In this document: piece after piece, positions 26,089 through 39,116 of the stretch
How positions within the stretch are numbered: the first letter of the stretch is position 1
How the letters are laid out: each line of letters starts with the position of its first letter
NCBI GenBank assembly: GCA_951406725.2
Contig: OX597815.1
Location: forward strand, 14,942,001 to 15,006,000
Direction: 5' to 3'
Length of the DNA: 64,000 nucleotides
From: Octopus vulgaris
Taxonomy: Eukaryota
Position numbers and translations under genes: made by a program
The notes under the pieces: generated by a model
The model's input: the letters and a program-made list of their open reading frames with translations, nothing else
Database searches by the model: none
What the model was told of the DNA's origin: nothing

Positions 26089-26253
26089 GGCGCAGGAGTG
26101 GCTGTGTGGTAAGTAGCTTGCTTACCAACCACATGGTTCCGGGTTCAGTCCCACTGCGTGGCACTTTGGGCAAGTGCCTTCTACTATAGCCTTGGGCCGA
26201 CCAAATCCCTGTGAGTGGATTTGGTAGACGGAAACTGAAAGAAGCCTGTCATG

Positions 26254-26304
<51 letters not shown>

Positions 26305-26500
26305 TCATGTATCTGTCCTCCCAACATCGCTTGACAACCGATGCTGGTGTGTTCATGTCCCCGTAACTTAGCGGTTCGGCAAAAGTGACTGATAGAATAA
26401 GTACTAGGCTTACAAAGAATAAGTCCTGGGGTCAATTTGCTCGACTAAAGGCGGTGCTCCAGCATAGCCGCGGTCAAATGACTGAAACAAGTAAAAGAGA
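26089..26500 (+). mobile_element. CORE-type SINE family C, full length
   Basis: Same structure as 10285-10820. Other copies at 5512-5705 (3' half), 26978-27385, 36977-37325, 44360-44760, 47560-47830(-), 47832-48283, 50082-50237(-), 56110-56510 and 62686-63098(-). Confidence 0.9.
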
Positions 26501-27687
26501 GAAATATATTTTGTTCTACATTATCCAATTTGCCTGCTTTTTTCTAAGTTTTTTATTTTAAAGACAGTAGTATCATTTGAGATTTCAGCTGCTATATCTA
26601 GCAGGTTTAGCAACTTTATAAAAAGGTCTTCATTCTTGCTCAACTGTATGATGCTTATATGAAATGGTAAGATAAGGTACAGCAGTGAATCATGATTAAC
26701 TAAGACAACATCTGCAATGACTTGGAAAACCATAAGAAACTTCAGATGTGTGATGATATACGAGACGACAGAACTGTTTTACAAATGTCATTTGAGGTGA
26801 ATAACCTTTAGTCTGAATGCTTAGTCCAAACATTGCTGAGAAGCAGTAAGACAAGGAGGTCACGTTAAGCTAACAGATGTGTGGCTCACAGTGCTTAGCA
26901 ATACAGAACTGTATTCAATGATGGACTTCTATAGTTTCTTAGGCATATTGTGTATAAAAAAAAAGTGTGTATTGAATAGGCTGTGTGGTAAGTAGCTTGC
27001 TAACCAACCACATGGTTCTGGGTTCAGTCCCACTGCGTGGCATCTTGGGCAAATGTCTTCTGCTATAGCCCCGGGCCGACCAATGCCTTGTGAGTGGATT
27101 TAGTAGACGGAAACTGAAAGAAGCCTGTCGTATATATGTATATATATATATATATAAGTGTGTGTGTATATGTTTGTGTGTCTGTGTTTGTCCCCCCAGC
27201 ATTGCTTGACAACCGATGCTGGTGTGTTTACGTCCCCGTCACTTAGCGGTTCGGCAAAAGAGACCGATAGAATAAGTACTGGGCTTACAAAGAATAAGTC
27301 CCGGGGTCGATTTGCTCGACTAAAGGCGGTGCTCCAGCATGGCCGCAGTCAAATGACCGAAACAAGTAAAAGAGAGTAAAGAGTATAGTAGGGGCAAAGT
27401 AGTAGACTTCTAACCACAAGGCCATGAGTTCCAGCCCAACTAGTGCAGCTAATAAGTAGTCTTATTAAGCAAGGCATCAAACTGCTTCTTTCAGTTTGCT
27501 GAACTAAAAAAAATTGTTCCTATAAAAAAAAAAACAATTAAAAATAAAAACAAAGTTAACACGGGCACTGGCCTATACTGTATGAGAAGTATTGGTTCTA
27601 TAAAAATAATGAGCTTATTGTATACGGCACTCAGATGCACTACAATTTGTCAAGAAAGATGAAAAGAAGGGACAGAGAGCAGCCATA

Positions 27688-28198
27688 TCTTTATATATAA
27701 AACTGTAGTTGTGTGAGTGTCTGTCCCCTTCGATTTTGATTCCTAACTACTCCCACATTTTGCGGTGCAGTTTAACCAAATTCGGGTATCTTATAGTCGT
27801 GATTAATATCAAGCCCGTCTGGCTATTAGCGCGCGTCTACGATGAGTCTACGATTTAAAAAATAATTTAACATCATTTTTTATTCCATTTTAATGCATAA
27901 TTTTTTGTGTGTCGATGGCGGCGGAGTTGGCGTCCATGGTCACACCTGCACCTGTTTGCTTCTCCCCTTCTTCCCTCCCTCGTGAAGCTGTGGGGAAGGG
28001 AGTTTAAGGAAATCAACGTCGTAATGCGTTGTCAAGGAGACCAGCGTTCTTTTAGAACGACGACTTCATGGCTTGAAGACACCAAAACAGAAATGACTAA
28101 GAAAGCCCGAATTGGCATCTATAAGGGAAGTAACTCTCTAAAAATGCTTTATAGTTATTTCCCTTACAAACCCGAGCAACGCCAGGCGATACTGCTAG
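27688..28198 (+). mobile_element. Non-autonomous Helitron
   Basis: A|TCTTTATATAT start, CCCGAGCAACGCCAGG hairpin, CTAG end. Confidence 0.9.
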
Positions 28199-28585
28199 TC
28201 TTTATATATAAAAGTCAAGTTGTGTGTCTGTCTCCTATGATTTAGATTCCTAACTACTCCCACATTTTGCGGTGCAGTTTAACCAAAACCGGGTATCTTA
28301 TAGTCGTGATTCATATCGAGCTCTTCTGGGTATTAGCGCGCGTCTTCGATGAGTCTACGATTTCAAAAAAAATTTACCATCATTTTTTTCCATTTTAATG
28401 CATTTTTTCGCTATTATATAAGGGAAGTAACTCTCTAAAAATGTCTACGATGAGTCAACGATTTAAAAAAAAATTTACCATCATTTGTTTTCCATTTTTA
28501 ATGCATTTTTTTGCTATAACTCTCTAAAAATGCTTATATAATTATTTCCCTTACAAACCCGAGTAACGCCGGGCGATACTGCTAG
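28199..28585 (+). mobile_element. Non-autonomous Helitron abutting the previous one head-to-tail
   Basis: TC immediately follows the previous CTAG; ends CCCGAGTAACGCCGGG..CTAG|T. Confidence 0.9.
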
Positions 28586-29412
28586 TGTGGAATAAAGGAA
28601 GACAGCAATGACAGAAGAAAAAGCACAGAACACAAAATACAAAAAGAGAGGAAAGTGAACAATAAAAGAACCACGAAGAAGAACGGTTGCACGGACATGA
28701 GGATTAGTGTTGGTGAATTTCAGGAAGCATAGAATTTTTGAATGATGCAATGTTCTGGCTACTAACGACTGACACAAGTAGTTTATTCAATAGATTGGTA
28801 ATTCTGAGCAGATAAAAAAGAGGTCTCCAAAAAACATGGGTGCTGCACCATTTTTCAATTTTATAAGCATGTCCATGGGTGGTAGAGGTATTGAATTAAA
28901 AAAAGTGGCCGAAATTGTTGGAAAGATTGTAGATTAACTTGTGGGTCAGCTGCTATGTGTCGATATTTAGCACGCCGAGTGAAATGCATAGCCGTATTTC
29001 GTCTACCGTTATGTTCTGGGTTCAAATTCTGCTGAGGTCGACTTTGCCTTTCATCCTTTCAGGGTCGATAAATTAAGTACCAGTTAAGCACTGGGGTCGA
29101 TGTAATCGACTTAATCCGTTTGTCTGTCCTTGTTTGTCCCCTCTGTGTTTAGCCCCTTGTGGGTAGTAAAGAAATATATTTTAATGTGCAACATGTTCAC
29201 AATATGGTAATTGACCACGAGAGTGTATTTGTCTGGTAACATAACACTGGACATCTTCCAGTAGATCAATATTTATTCTGGACAAGATGGGGGTCCTAAA
29301 CAGGAGATGAAAACTATAAGAGTGGAAGTATCATAACCATATATAACTTCAGACATGATAGATCGTTAGCCACTACACACATTTTTTTTCTCTCCTTGTT
29401 TTTTCTGTGTCC

Positions 29413-29448
29413 CTTTCTGTAGAAGAGCGTAGGCTCGAAACGTAAAAG
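29413..29448 (+). ncRNA. Minimal type I hammerhead-like motif (variant core) in a Penelope-like terminal repeat (~29372-29540)
   Basis: CTTT-CTGTAGA-A-GAGC(GTAG)GCTC-GAAA-CGT-A-AAAG: stem I, stem II and palindromic stem III are present; the core has U at position A6. Confidence 0.5.
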
Positions 29449-29544
29449 ACTTTTCTATTCCTGAGCGTTATACTAATACATCTGTTTGTTTTGTACACCA
29501 CCTGTCTTCGTCTTTTGCTTTTTTCGTAAACTCTCCCTATAACT

Positions 29545-29990
29545 TTAGATAGCTTGTAGTAGTAGGCATCCATCAGTCTCAAAAAGCCATGGATCTGCAC
29601 CCAAAAAAATTGCGTCAGCTGCTGCTGATGCAGCATCTGTTGTGGCTGTACAGGTCCACACAGGAGTGGCAGTCATGCATACGGCAATTGCATTTGAAGG
29701 AGCTCTCTGATGGAGCTACTGATTTTTCCCTTCCATCGAATGCACTTTTCTTTGATGGCAAGTTCCTGCTTTTCCTCCACTCTCTTCATTCCCTTTCGCA
29801 GTATTACCCTCCAGTGTGGGCAATCATTTGCAACCTCCTCCCATCTCAGGACATCCAGATCAAGTGACTTCACATCCCTCTTACAGATGTCTTTGAAACG
29901 AAGATGAGGTCATCCTCATGCTCTTGTGCCAGTGGCCAATTCCCCATACAGGAGGTCTTCTGGAATGACATCTTGGAATGACAACATTTT
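29545..29990 (-). mobile_element. RTE (BovB-like) LINE 3' end, decayed
   Basis: RFKDICKRDVKSLDL..WEEVANDCPHW, zinc-finger-like remnant, (CTA)n tail. Confidence 0.75.
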
Positions 29991-30332
29991 TCCTTCATCA
30001 AGCAAAACAATGTCTCAATGCTGTCACTTAACTTGCAAGAAATAGCAGCCAAATCCACTTCAATTCACACCCTACCATCTTTTTACATAGAATTGTACCA
30101 AGAAAAAGGAAGGTGTAGCCATGATTGAAAAGCTAACAATTATATGGATACTCTGTGAAAAACACATACATACTCAACCAACAATAGTCCATCAGAACAA
30201 CAACAACAAACATCTAAACAATACATTAACAACATGAACATTATCATGCTTTCAATATATAGAAGAATAGAGGATTACAAATTTTAAAAGAAAAATCACT
30301 TATTGCTAAGACGGTCGACTGCAATAACTTAC

Positions 30333-30520
30333 CTTTAAAAATCACACACCTCTAGTTCCTATGTAAGAAATATATTTAAAGGTAGGCAGCAAGACAATCT
30401 GACAAGGTACGCACAACCTGTAGCTAAGCATCTTTAACACAGCTGGTCTATCTAATACAACTAACTTATTGCCAAGGTAAAGCAGTTTCACTTCATACAA
30501 TCAATCATAAAGCAAAGACA
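30333..30520 (-). other. Candidate alternative 5' UTR exon
   Basis: Consensus donor AAG|GTAAGT after 30333 in unique sequence. The 5' boundary is not defined. Confidence 0.25.
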
Positions 30521-31224
30521 CACCTACACAGCTCTAGATAAAAATAGATGGCAACAACAACAACAACAATAATAATAATAATTCCATTCTAAAGGCAGCA
30601 GGCAAATGGTTGTAGGGGAAAGCACTTGACTGAATCTTCCTGTTTAATGGTTTTTATTTATTGAACCTCTTCATCCAGGGATGGTTAAGCTGACCTCATC
30701 CAGTGTACTTCAAATTCAGAATATTAAAGCACTGAACTTTAGCCATGCTAAAGTACCTTCACTTTTTTTGACTCCTCCATCCTCATCACTAATAATAATA
30801 ATAATAATAATCCTTTCTATTATAGGCACAAGGCCTGAAATTTTGGGGGAGAGGGCTAGTCAATTACATCGAGCCCAGGTGTTTCACTGGTACTTTATTT
30901 ATCATCCCCAAAAGGATGAAAGGCAAAGTCGCTCCCAGTGGCATTTGAACAATAATAATAATCCTTTCTATTATAGGCACAAGGCTTGAGATTTGGGGGA
31001 GGGGACTAGCCAATTACATCGACCCCAGCACTTGACTGGTACTTATTCATCGACCCTGAAAAGATGAAAGGCAAAGTCGACCTCGGTGGAATTTGAACTC
31101 AGAACGTAATGACGGACGAATTGCCACTAAGCATTTCGCCCAGCGTGCTAACAATTATGCTAGCTTAATAACACCAAACTGGATGCTAGAAGAGGAAAAA
31201 ACATCCCAAATCCAAAACACAAAG

Positions 31225-31571
31225 ACACTATATACCCACAACATCATAAGCGGAGAGTGTAACCTCTCGAAAGAGCTGTTCGTCACTCCTGCTCCAGAGC
31301 GTCGGCTGCGGGGTCACTCCGAAAAGCTCTATCTGCGACGATTTCATCTCAATCGAAGGAGAGGGGCTTTCTCCATCCGGGTTGCGGATCCGTGGAATAA
31401 GCTGCCGGATGAGATAGTGAAGATGCCGACGACCGCTCGGTTCAAAGTCTCCCTTGACCACAAGTGGCCTGAACTCTTTACATAAACATCACCCTGTACA
31501 TAACTCCATGTCCCCCTACATGGCCTTGCTTTTTGCTTTTTGAGCCAAAAAATTAACCAACTAACTAACTA
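31225..31571 (+). mobile_element. CR1-group LINE 3' end (second family)
   Basis: RLRGHSEKL...GAFSIRVADPWNKLP, (AACT)n tail. Confidence 0.85.
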
Positions 31572-31619
31572 AAATTATAGGCCAATACCATGCCTATTAG
31601 TAACCTACAAAACCCTCAC

Positions 31620-31910
31620 ATGAATCATCAATAACCGGCTTGTAATACACCTGGAAAATAACATCTCATTACTGATAGACATAGCAGTTTCTATTAACCA
31701 AAAAGAAGTGGAGAAATTGTCAAAATATAAAGACCTTGAGATTGAAGTATTCAAGATGTGGGGCATGACGGTGAAAACAATACCAGTAATAACCGGAGCA
31801 TTACGTATGATGAAGAAAAACATAGAAGCTATTACATATTACATACTACCCCCCACCAAAAAAAAAACCCCAGCCCTGTTAGGAACAGCCCACATCCTAT
31901 GAAAGAGACT
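31620..31910 (+). mobile_element. R4/Dong-like retrotransposon endonuclease fragment
   Basis: LIDIAV..KEVEKLSKYKDLEIEV.KMW...IPVITGAL...ALLGTAHIL. Confidence 0.75.
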
Positions 31911-33476
31911 CAATGTAATAATACAACCCAAACAAAACAATCAACAAATACAAGACACTCTATACAATAAATATCCAGTGAAATTGTAATTGAGGCCAAT
32001 GGCAATGTCACGTAACTGGCACGTAAAAAGCACCATTCGAACGTTGGGCTTCACAGAGGCAGGGACAAGGGACAGACCTTTGGCAATATATTATGTTAGA
32101 GAAGACCTGTCAAGCCAGGTGAGATTATAGTCATGGCCAATACCTGTGCTACATAACTGGCACTCAGGCTGGTGGCAAATAAAAAGCACCCACTACACTC
32201 TTGGAGCAGTTAGCGTTAGGAAGGGTATCCAGCCAAAGAAACCATGCCACATCAGATTGGAACCTGGTGCAGCTCCAGGTTAGTAGTTTTCAGTCGAACC
32301 ATCCAACCCATGCCCGCATGGAAAGCAGATGTTAAGTGATGTTGATGATGATGATGAACCACTACCTGTAATATACAGGCCAGATACCCAACAGAAGAAT
32401 GCAACTTGGTACTTAATTTATCGACCCTGAAAGGATGAAAGGCAAAGTTGACCCTGGTGGAATTTGAACTCAGAATGTAATGACAGGCAAAATACCTATT
32501 TCTATACTACCCACAAGGGGCTAAACACAGAGGGGACAAACAAGGACAGACAAAATGATTAAGTCGATTTCATCGACCCCAGTGCGTAACTGGTACTTAT
32601 TTAATCAACCCCGAAAGGATGAAAGGCAAAGTCGACCTCGGCGGAATTTGAACTGAGAACGTAGCGGCAGACGAAATACCGCTAAGCATTTCGTTCAGCA
32701 TGCTAACAATTCTGCCAGCAATAATAATAATAATAATGATAATTTATTTTATTTGCCACAGGGGCATAGATGGGGAAGGGAAACATCAATCCATTCTCTA
32801 ACAGACATTATTTGTAAGAAATTCAAATTAGTATGCATAGCCAACTATATACTGTATCAATTTCTGTGATGTGGATTCTATCAGAGGCTATGAAAAAAAT
32901 TACAGTATAACCTTACAATCATAGTACATGCCACATAACCAGAATGTGCAGTGTGGTGGTGCTAGACAAAACTAAAAAAATGGTATGGTGAGTGGGATTG
33001 TAACTTGTTGAGTTAACTGAGTTTATGCCAAGTGATAGGCTGGCATCAGAACACCTGTACAAGTGTAAACATTTTTGTGAACAAATAAAAAAAACAACAT
33101 ATTCCAAAAGAACAATCAGGTGAGATATGTTTCAGACTTGTTTAGCATTATTTGCAGATCCTCTCACAGAATGTCAGAACATTAGGCTGCACCAAACATT
33201 CGTATGTGGCTTGTATCACGTAATCATGAGTTGAAGCCAAATCAGAGAAACGGCATGTGAACAAAAAAAGTGAATTCTGATGTAAAAGTTCACTAGGCGC
33301 AGGAGTGGCTGTGTGGTAAGTAGCTTGCTAACCAACCACATGGTTCCGGGTTCAGTCCCACTGCGTGGCATCTTGGGCAAGTGTCTTCTGCTATAGCCCC
33401 GGGCCGACCAATGCCTTGTGAGTGGATTTGGTAGATGGAAACTGAAAGAAGCCTGTCGTATATATATATATATATA

Positions 33477-34971
33477 TCTCTTATTATAAAAGGCAGATTT
33501 TATCTGCCTCCCTTTGGGAGTTATACAAATCTACAATATAGGATTTCTTCAATTACAATTTACCTAGCAGTTTTAAGAGTACAATGCATCGCGTCATGCC
33601 AGGTCCAGTTTTTAAAATTTAAACTCCAATTAAGCAAAATTTACAGAAAACTCACATTCTGGTGTGTGTGTCAAATGCTTTTCTTAGTCTGGTTTACACC
33701 ACACGCAAACGCACACACACAGTGGGCAAGGAATAAAATGAAAGTAATTCACTTACTGTAGTGAGTGATTCTTTCACTCTGCCTCCCACTTCCTCTTTAC
33801 ACACATAGAAAAAACTTTTATTTTTTTACATAAGTAATGAGAGCGAAAGAGACTAAGAGAAAGCGATTGTATGACGAGGGAAGTTCCTTTGAAGTTACCG
33901 TGCATGGGACTCATTAATGTACATGTGTGTGTGTGTGTTTGATGGAGTGTGGGAGACAGACAGTATGTTGTGTAAGTGAAGTGCTTCTGTTAGTGTGTGT
34001 GAAGAGACAGAGAGAGTAATGTGTGAAAGAGAGAGATAACTGAAATTTTTTACTCGGTTTATGTGTATATGTATGTATGCATGTATGTGTGTGTGTGTGT
34101 GTGTATGTATGTGTGTGTGTATGTATGTATTTATATATAAAAGAAAGGTTGTGTGTCTGTCTACTCCGATTTAGATTCCTAACTACTCCCACATTTTGCG
34201 ATGCAGTTTAACCAAAACCGGGTATCTTATAGTCGTGATTCATATCGAGCCCTTCTGGGTATTAGCGCGTCTACGATGAGTCTATGATTTTACAAATAAT
34301 TTACCATCATTTTTTTCCATTTTAATGCATATTTTTTAAAATAAACGGAAGTAACTCTCAAACTTCACACCAATATGCGTGCTCATATGCGACGTAATAT
34401 CACATCACCAGCATTTCCTCACACCCTCCTTGCACTTGGCGAAGGCAAAATACCAGGGGATGAAAATGGTAATATTGCCATCGATTCCATTTGTACCATT
34501 GTTAAGACGCCTTCTGATCTCAGAGATGCAGTGTTCCCAGATTTACAAGCTAATTATCAGAATATGGATTGGATTGGCAAAAAGGCTATACTGGCCCCGA
34601 GGAATAAAACTGTTCACCATATTAATGATGAAATGCTAAAACTCATTCCTGGGGAAGTCGATGTATATCAGTCTATCGATACAACTCCTGACCCAGAGGA
34701 CGTCATCAACTATCCAATAGAGGTACTCAATTCCTTTGAGCACCCCGGACTACCACCACACTTTCTCAAACTTAAAGTTAGTGCCCCTATAATGCTCATC
34801 AGAAATTTGGTTCCCCCAAAACAATGCAATGGCACACGTTTGGCGTTAAGTCCTTATCTCCCACCGTAAGCTTATTTCAATATTTGCCTGAATAATCATC
34901 ATAATTCAGTGCAATCATTAACAGTACTTTCAAGCAATTCAGCCCCGAGCAACGCCGGGCAATTCTGCTAG
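33477..34971 (+). mobile_element. Composite Helitron with a PIF1 helicase fragment
   Basis: A|TC start, hairpin CCCGAGCAACGCCGGG, CTAG|T end, and an internal second Helitron head at ~34128. Confidence 0.9.
34375..34869 (+). pseudogene. Helitron RepHel PIF1-type helicase fragment
   Basis: AILAPRN..V..IN, YQSIDT, YPIEVLNS..PGLPPH.LKLKV.APIMLIRNL...CNGTRL. Confidence 0.9.
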
Positions 34972-37137
34972 TATATATATATATGTGTGTGTGTCTGTGT
35001 TTGTACCCCTAGCATTGCTTGACAACCGATGCTGGTGTGTTTACGTCCCCGTCACTTAGCCGTTCGGCAAAAGAGACCGATAGAATAAGTACTGGGCTTA
35101 CAAAGAATAAGTCCCGGGGTTGATTTGCTCGACTAAAGGCGGTGCTCCAGCATGGCCGCAGTCAAATGACTGAAACATGTAAAAGAGTAAAAAGAGTAAA
35201 AGAGTAACTGTTGGTTGAGTAGCTGCCTTATCAAATAAAGTGTCAATGAGGAAACTCCTGTGCATTTATGGATTCACTACAAGAAAGAGCAGTTAAAACC
35301 ACCCCGAATTACATCTTAAATAACATAAAACTGGAATGACACATTGGAGAATGTAGTGTTATAATCATCCCCTCAAACATGTCACCTTGATTAAAGGCAG
35401 ACTGGGATTAAATAATAACAGCTATAAAAAAGCAGCCACTACACTCACGGAGTGGTTGGCATTAGGAAGGGCATCCAGCTGTAGAAACATCGCCAGATCA
35501 GGTTGGAGCCCAGTGCAGCCTACTGCATTTCAGCCTGGGGCTGGGAATTGCTTGCCTCTGACTGTGGCGCCTGGAGTCCAGCTGTCCAAAAGGGTGTTAG
35601 GCTGTTCGAGGAAATGCCCCTCAAGAGCTTGGACCAGGAGTGACAAGCCCAAAAAGAGAGAATTTCCAACCCTACTTCTGCTGTTACGTGGCTTCCCAGA
35701 CCCCAATTGAACCATCCAACCCATGCTAGCATGGAAAGCGGATGCTAAACGATGATGATGATGATGTAGCACTGATGAAGGTGGTAATTTAAAAATATCT
35801 GAGAGAGATATAAGCAGTGGTGGTATGATAGAACAGTTGTATACTGTCAACTTAATGTGACAGTCCCATGAAGGGAATCGCACCACTGCTATTTAGCCCT
35901 AGGAATCATCAACGCTTCCTGTCAGCCTTGACACATTTCCTGTGTCCTTATGTTTACAAGGGTGAGACAAGCACCCCCATCCAGTGATTATGCACATCAT
36001 CATCATTTAGCATCCGTTTTCCATGCTAGCATGGGTTGGACGGTTCAACTGGGGTCCGTGAAGCCAGAAGGCTGCATCAGGCTCAAATCTGATCTGGCCG
36101 TGTTTCTACAGCTGGATGCCCTTCCTAATGCCAACCACTCCGCGAGTGTAGTGGGTGCTTTTTACGTGCCACCCGCACAGGAGCCAGACGGAGCTAGCAA
36201 ACGGCCACGAACGGATGGTGCTTTGCCAGCTCAGAATGTAACGACAGGCAAACTACAGGCACAATGAAAAAATAAAGCTAGTTATATTTAGGGAGTGGAT
36301 TGCCTGTTTTCAATAGCTCTGTGGAACAATGGACAAGTTGATGAATGAATAAGGCTACAGCATATGCAACACGCCTCACAACTGTTTAAAGAATATCAAC
36401 AACAAACAAAACACAAATCTGAGAAGTTTCTCCTCAGCAGCTCAATGTGGTTAATGTGAATGAGGTAAGTTCTGAGCAGCAACTTGATCTGCAAGAAATA
36501 GCAGGTGAATTTGCCTAAGGTCATACCAAGACACATTGTATACAATATATCCGATATGGATCACATTAGATACACTATGTCTGAAAAGACAGGAGGGTCA
36601 GGGTTGAAAATACTTAAATAGATCAAGTCAAACAGAACTGACACAGTGGCTAAATTACAATATAACTGTCAAATCCATGTCAACATTCTATACTCTTACA
36701 AATAAACACATTCATACGTCACACAACATTATATAACATAGTTCAGCATGAAAATGAGAAATAATCTGCCATCAGACACCAGCTTATTGCTTATAAAGTC
36801 AATTAAGAGGAGAGAGTTCTTCATGCGTAAAAAGAAATATTCAAATTTTTAAGCATAGAAAACAAGTACCTTGTGAATTCATGGTAGGTCTGAGCATAAA
36901 ATAAGTGAGTATTAAGGTATGAGAATTTTTTTTATTTCAAAGTAAAACACTTGAGTCCAAGGTAACTAGTCAATCTTAGGAGTGGCTGTGTGGTAAGTAG
37001 CTTGTTTACCAGCCACATGGTTCCAGGTTCAGTCCCACTGCGTGGCACCTTGGGCAAGTGTCTTCTACTATAGTCTCGGGCTGACCAAAGCCTTGTGAGT
37101 GGATTTGGTAGACGGAAACTGAAAGAAGCCCGTCGTA

Positions 37138-37174
<37 letters not shown>

Positions 37175-37321
37175 GCATGTGTGTGTTTGTGTGTCTGTGT
37201 TTGTCCCCCTAGCATTGCTTGACATCTGATGCTGGTGTGTTTATGTCCCCGTTACTTAGCGGTTCGGCAAAAGAGACCGATAGAATAAGTACCGGGCTTA
37301 CAAAAGAATAAGTCTCGGGGT

Positions 37322-38810
37322 CGAGTTGCTTGCTGTAGTTCTGCAGCTTTGTTTTCCCACCACTTGTCTTTCATCTGTCGCAGCTCAGTCTGCACCTTTC
37401 CTCTGATGTTCTTGAGGTGGTCATGCTTGGCTTGGGAGTCTCTGTTGTTGAGCCAGGCTGTGAAGGCTTCTTTCTTCTCCTGGAGGAGGGTGGTGATCAT
37501 GTCAAACCAGTCTTGGTGTTTCTGTTTTTTTTTGTGGCCAAGGGTAAGGCTGGCAGAGACATACACTGCATCCTGGAAGTTGGCCCAGGACTTCTCAAGG
37601 TTTCCCTCTGCTGGCTGATGTTCAAGCTGGTTCGCAAGATTGGCAGTGAGGGTCTCTTTTGTTTTTGGTTCATTGAGTTTCTGGATGTCCAGTTTCTTTT
37701 TAACATCAGCTTTCTGGCGTCTATGTCTGCTGACAATGGAAAAGGACAGTCTGCACCCCAACAGCAGGTGATCTGTCCAGCAGTCAGCTCCCCTCATTGC
37801 CCTAGGGATGTGAACATCCTGGATGTCACAGTGCCTAGTGATCACATAGTCAATCAGGTGCCACTGCTTGGACCTTGGATGCATCCAGGTAACCTTGTGG
37901 ATGTCAGGCAGTTGGTACAGGGTAATGGTGATGGTGAGTCTCTGTTCAGCGCAGAAGGCGAGTAGCAGTTGCCCGTTGGTATTCTCATATCCAATACCAT
38001 GTGACCCGATGACATCTGGCTAAGACTGAGCATCTCTGCCTACACGAGCATTGAAGTCCCCGAGTATCAGCAGCTTGTCGTCTTTAGGAACTGACCGTAG
38101 CACTTTGGTGAGGTTCTGATATAACAGCTCTCTCTGTTCCAGAGTGTAGGTCACGGTGAGGGCATAAGAAATGATGAGTGTCAGGTGCATCTTGCCTTGG
38201 AGAGGAATTCTCATCACCATCAGTCGGTCGCTGATTCCTCTTGGGAGGGACTCCAGATTCTTGATGAGGGCAGTACGAATGGCAAAGCCAACTCCTGCTT
38301 CCCTGCGTTCATCCGGTGCCTTCCCTGACCAAAAGAAAGTGTATCCAGCTCCAGCGTCGGTGATCTCCCCAGTGTTGGCAAGGAGTGTCTCGCTGAGGGC
38401 AGCAACATCAATGCTGTATCTCTGCAGTTCACGACCCACAAATGCAGTTTGATGTTCTGGTCTGTCACAGTTTTGGTTGTCCATGAGTGTCCTGATATCC
38501 CAGGCTCCAACACATAAATTGCTTTTCCTGCAGGAGGATTTTGGGTTCTTCTTTTGTATTTCTTTCATGTTTCAACCGCGTGGTAGGTGACCAGTCAGCT
38601 GCAGTATGCCGACTGGATGAGATGAGGCAAGCTTTCTTTAGGTCACCTTTTCTAGATCCTCCCCCCTAAAGGGCGGAGCAGTGCTATCCCTAAAGAAGGC
38701 TGCTCCATCGTCAGAGTGACTGCCGAACTATGCCCTTGCTCCGGTAGGCTGCAGAACAACCATCCTGCCCTGATCGCCCGAGTGCAGGTCCATGGCTAGC
38801 AGCTCAACAC
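37322..38810 (-). mobile_element. RTE (BovB-like) LINE 5' part: UTR and APE endonuclease, with stops
   Basis: GAWDIRTL, DVAALSET, YTFFWSG, GVGFAI, LGDFNARVG, HPRSKQWHLIDYVI, DCWTDH. Confidence 0.92.
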
Positions 38811-39116
38811 AAGTAAAAATGGACTAATCCTTATTTTTGAGAAAATGTAGAGTGAATTGTCCAAATAAAGCATCTCAGACAGCATGTACTTTGTGAGCCC
38901 CCCACACATACATGTAAGTTGGATCCAAGTAATCATGGAAAGTTTCAGAACCTAACTTGAACTGCTAGAAATAGTAGCCAAAACTGGGTTGCTAAGAATG
39001 GACACACCAAATAACAGACTTAGAGCCAACGTACTAAAAGGAATACTTTTGATCATAGAACAACTCAGTCAATAATAAACTGGAACTAAAAAGAAATTTT
39101 TTTAAAGAGAGAATTC

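Larger units (their letters stand above)
33296..35205 (+). mobile_element. CORE-type SINE family C split by a Helitron insertion
   Basis: 5' half at 33296-33476 and 3' half at 34972-35205, interrupted within the central (TA)n. Confidence 0.9.
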
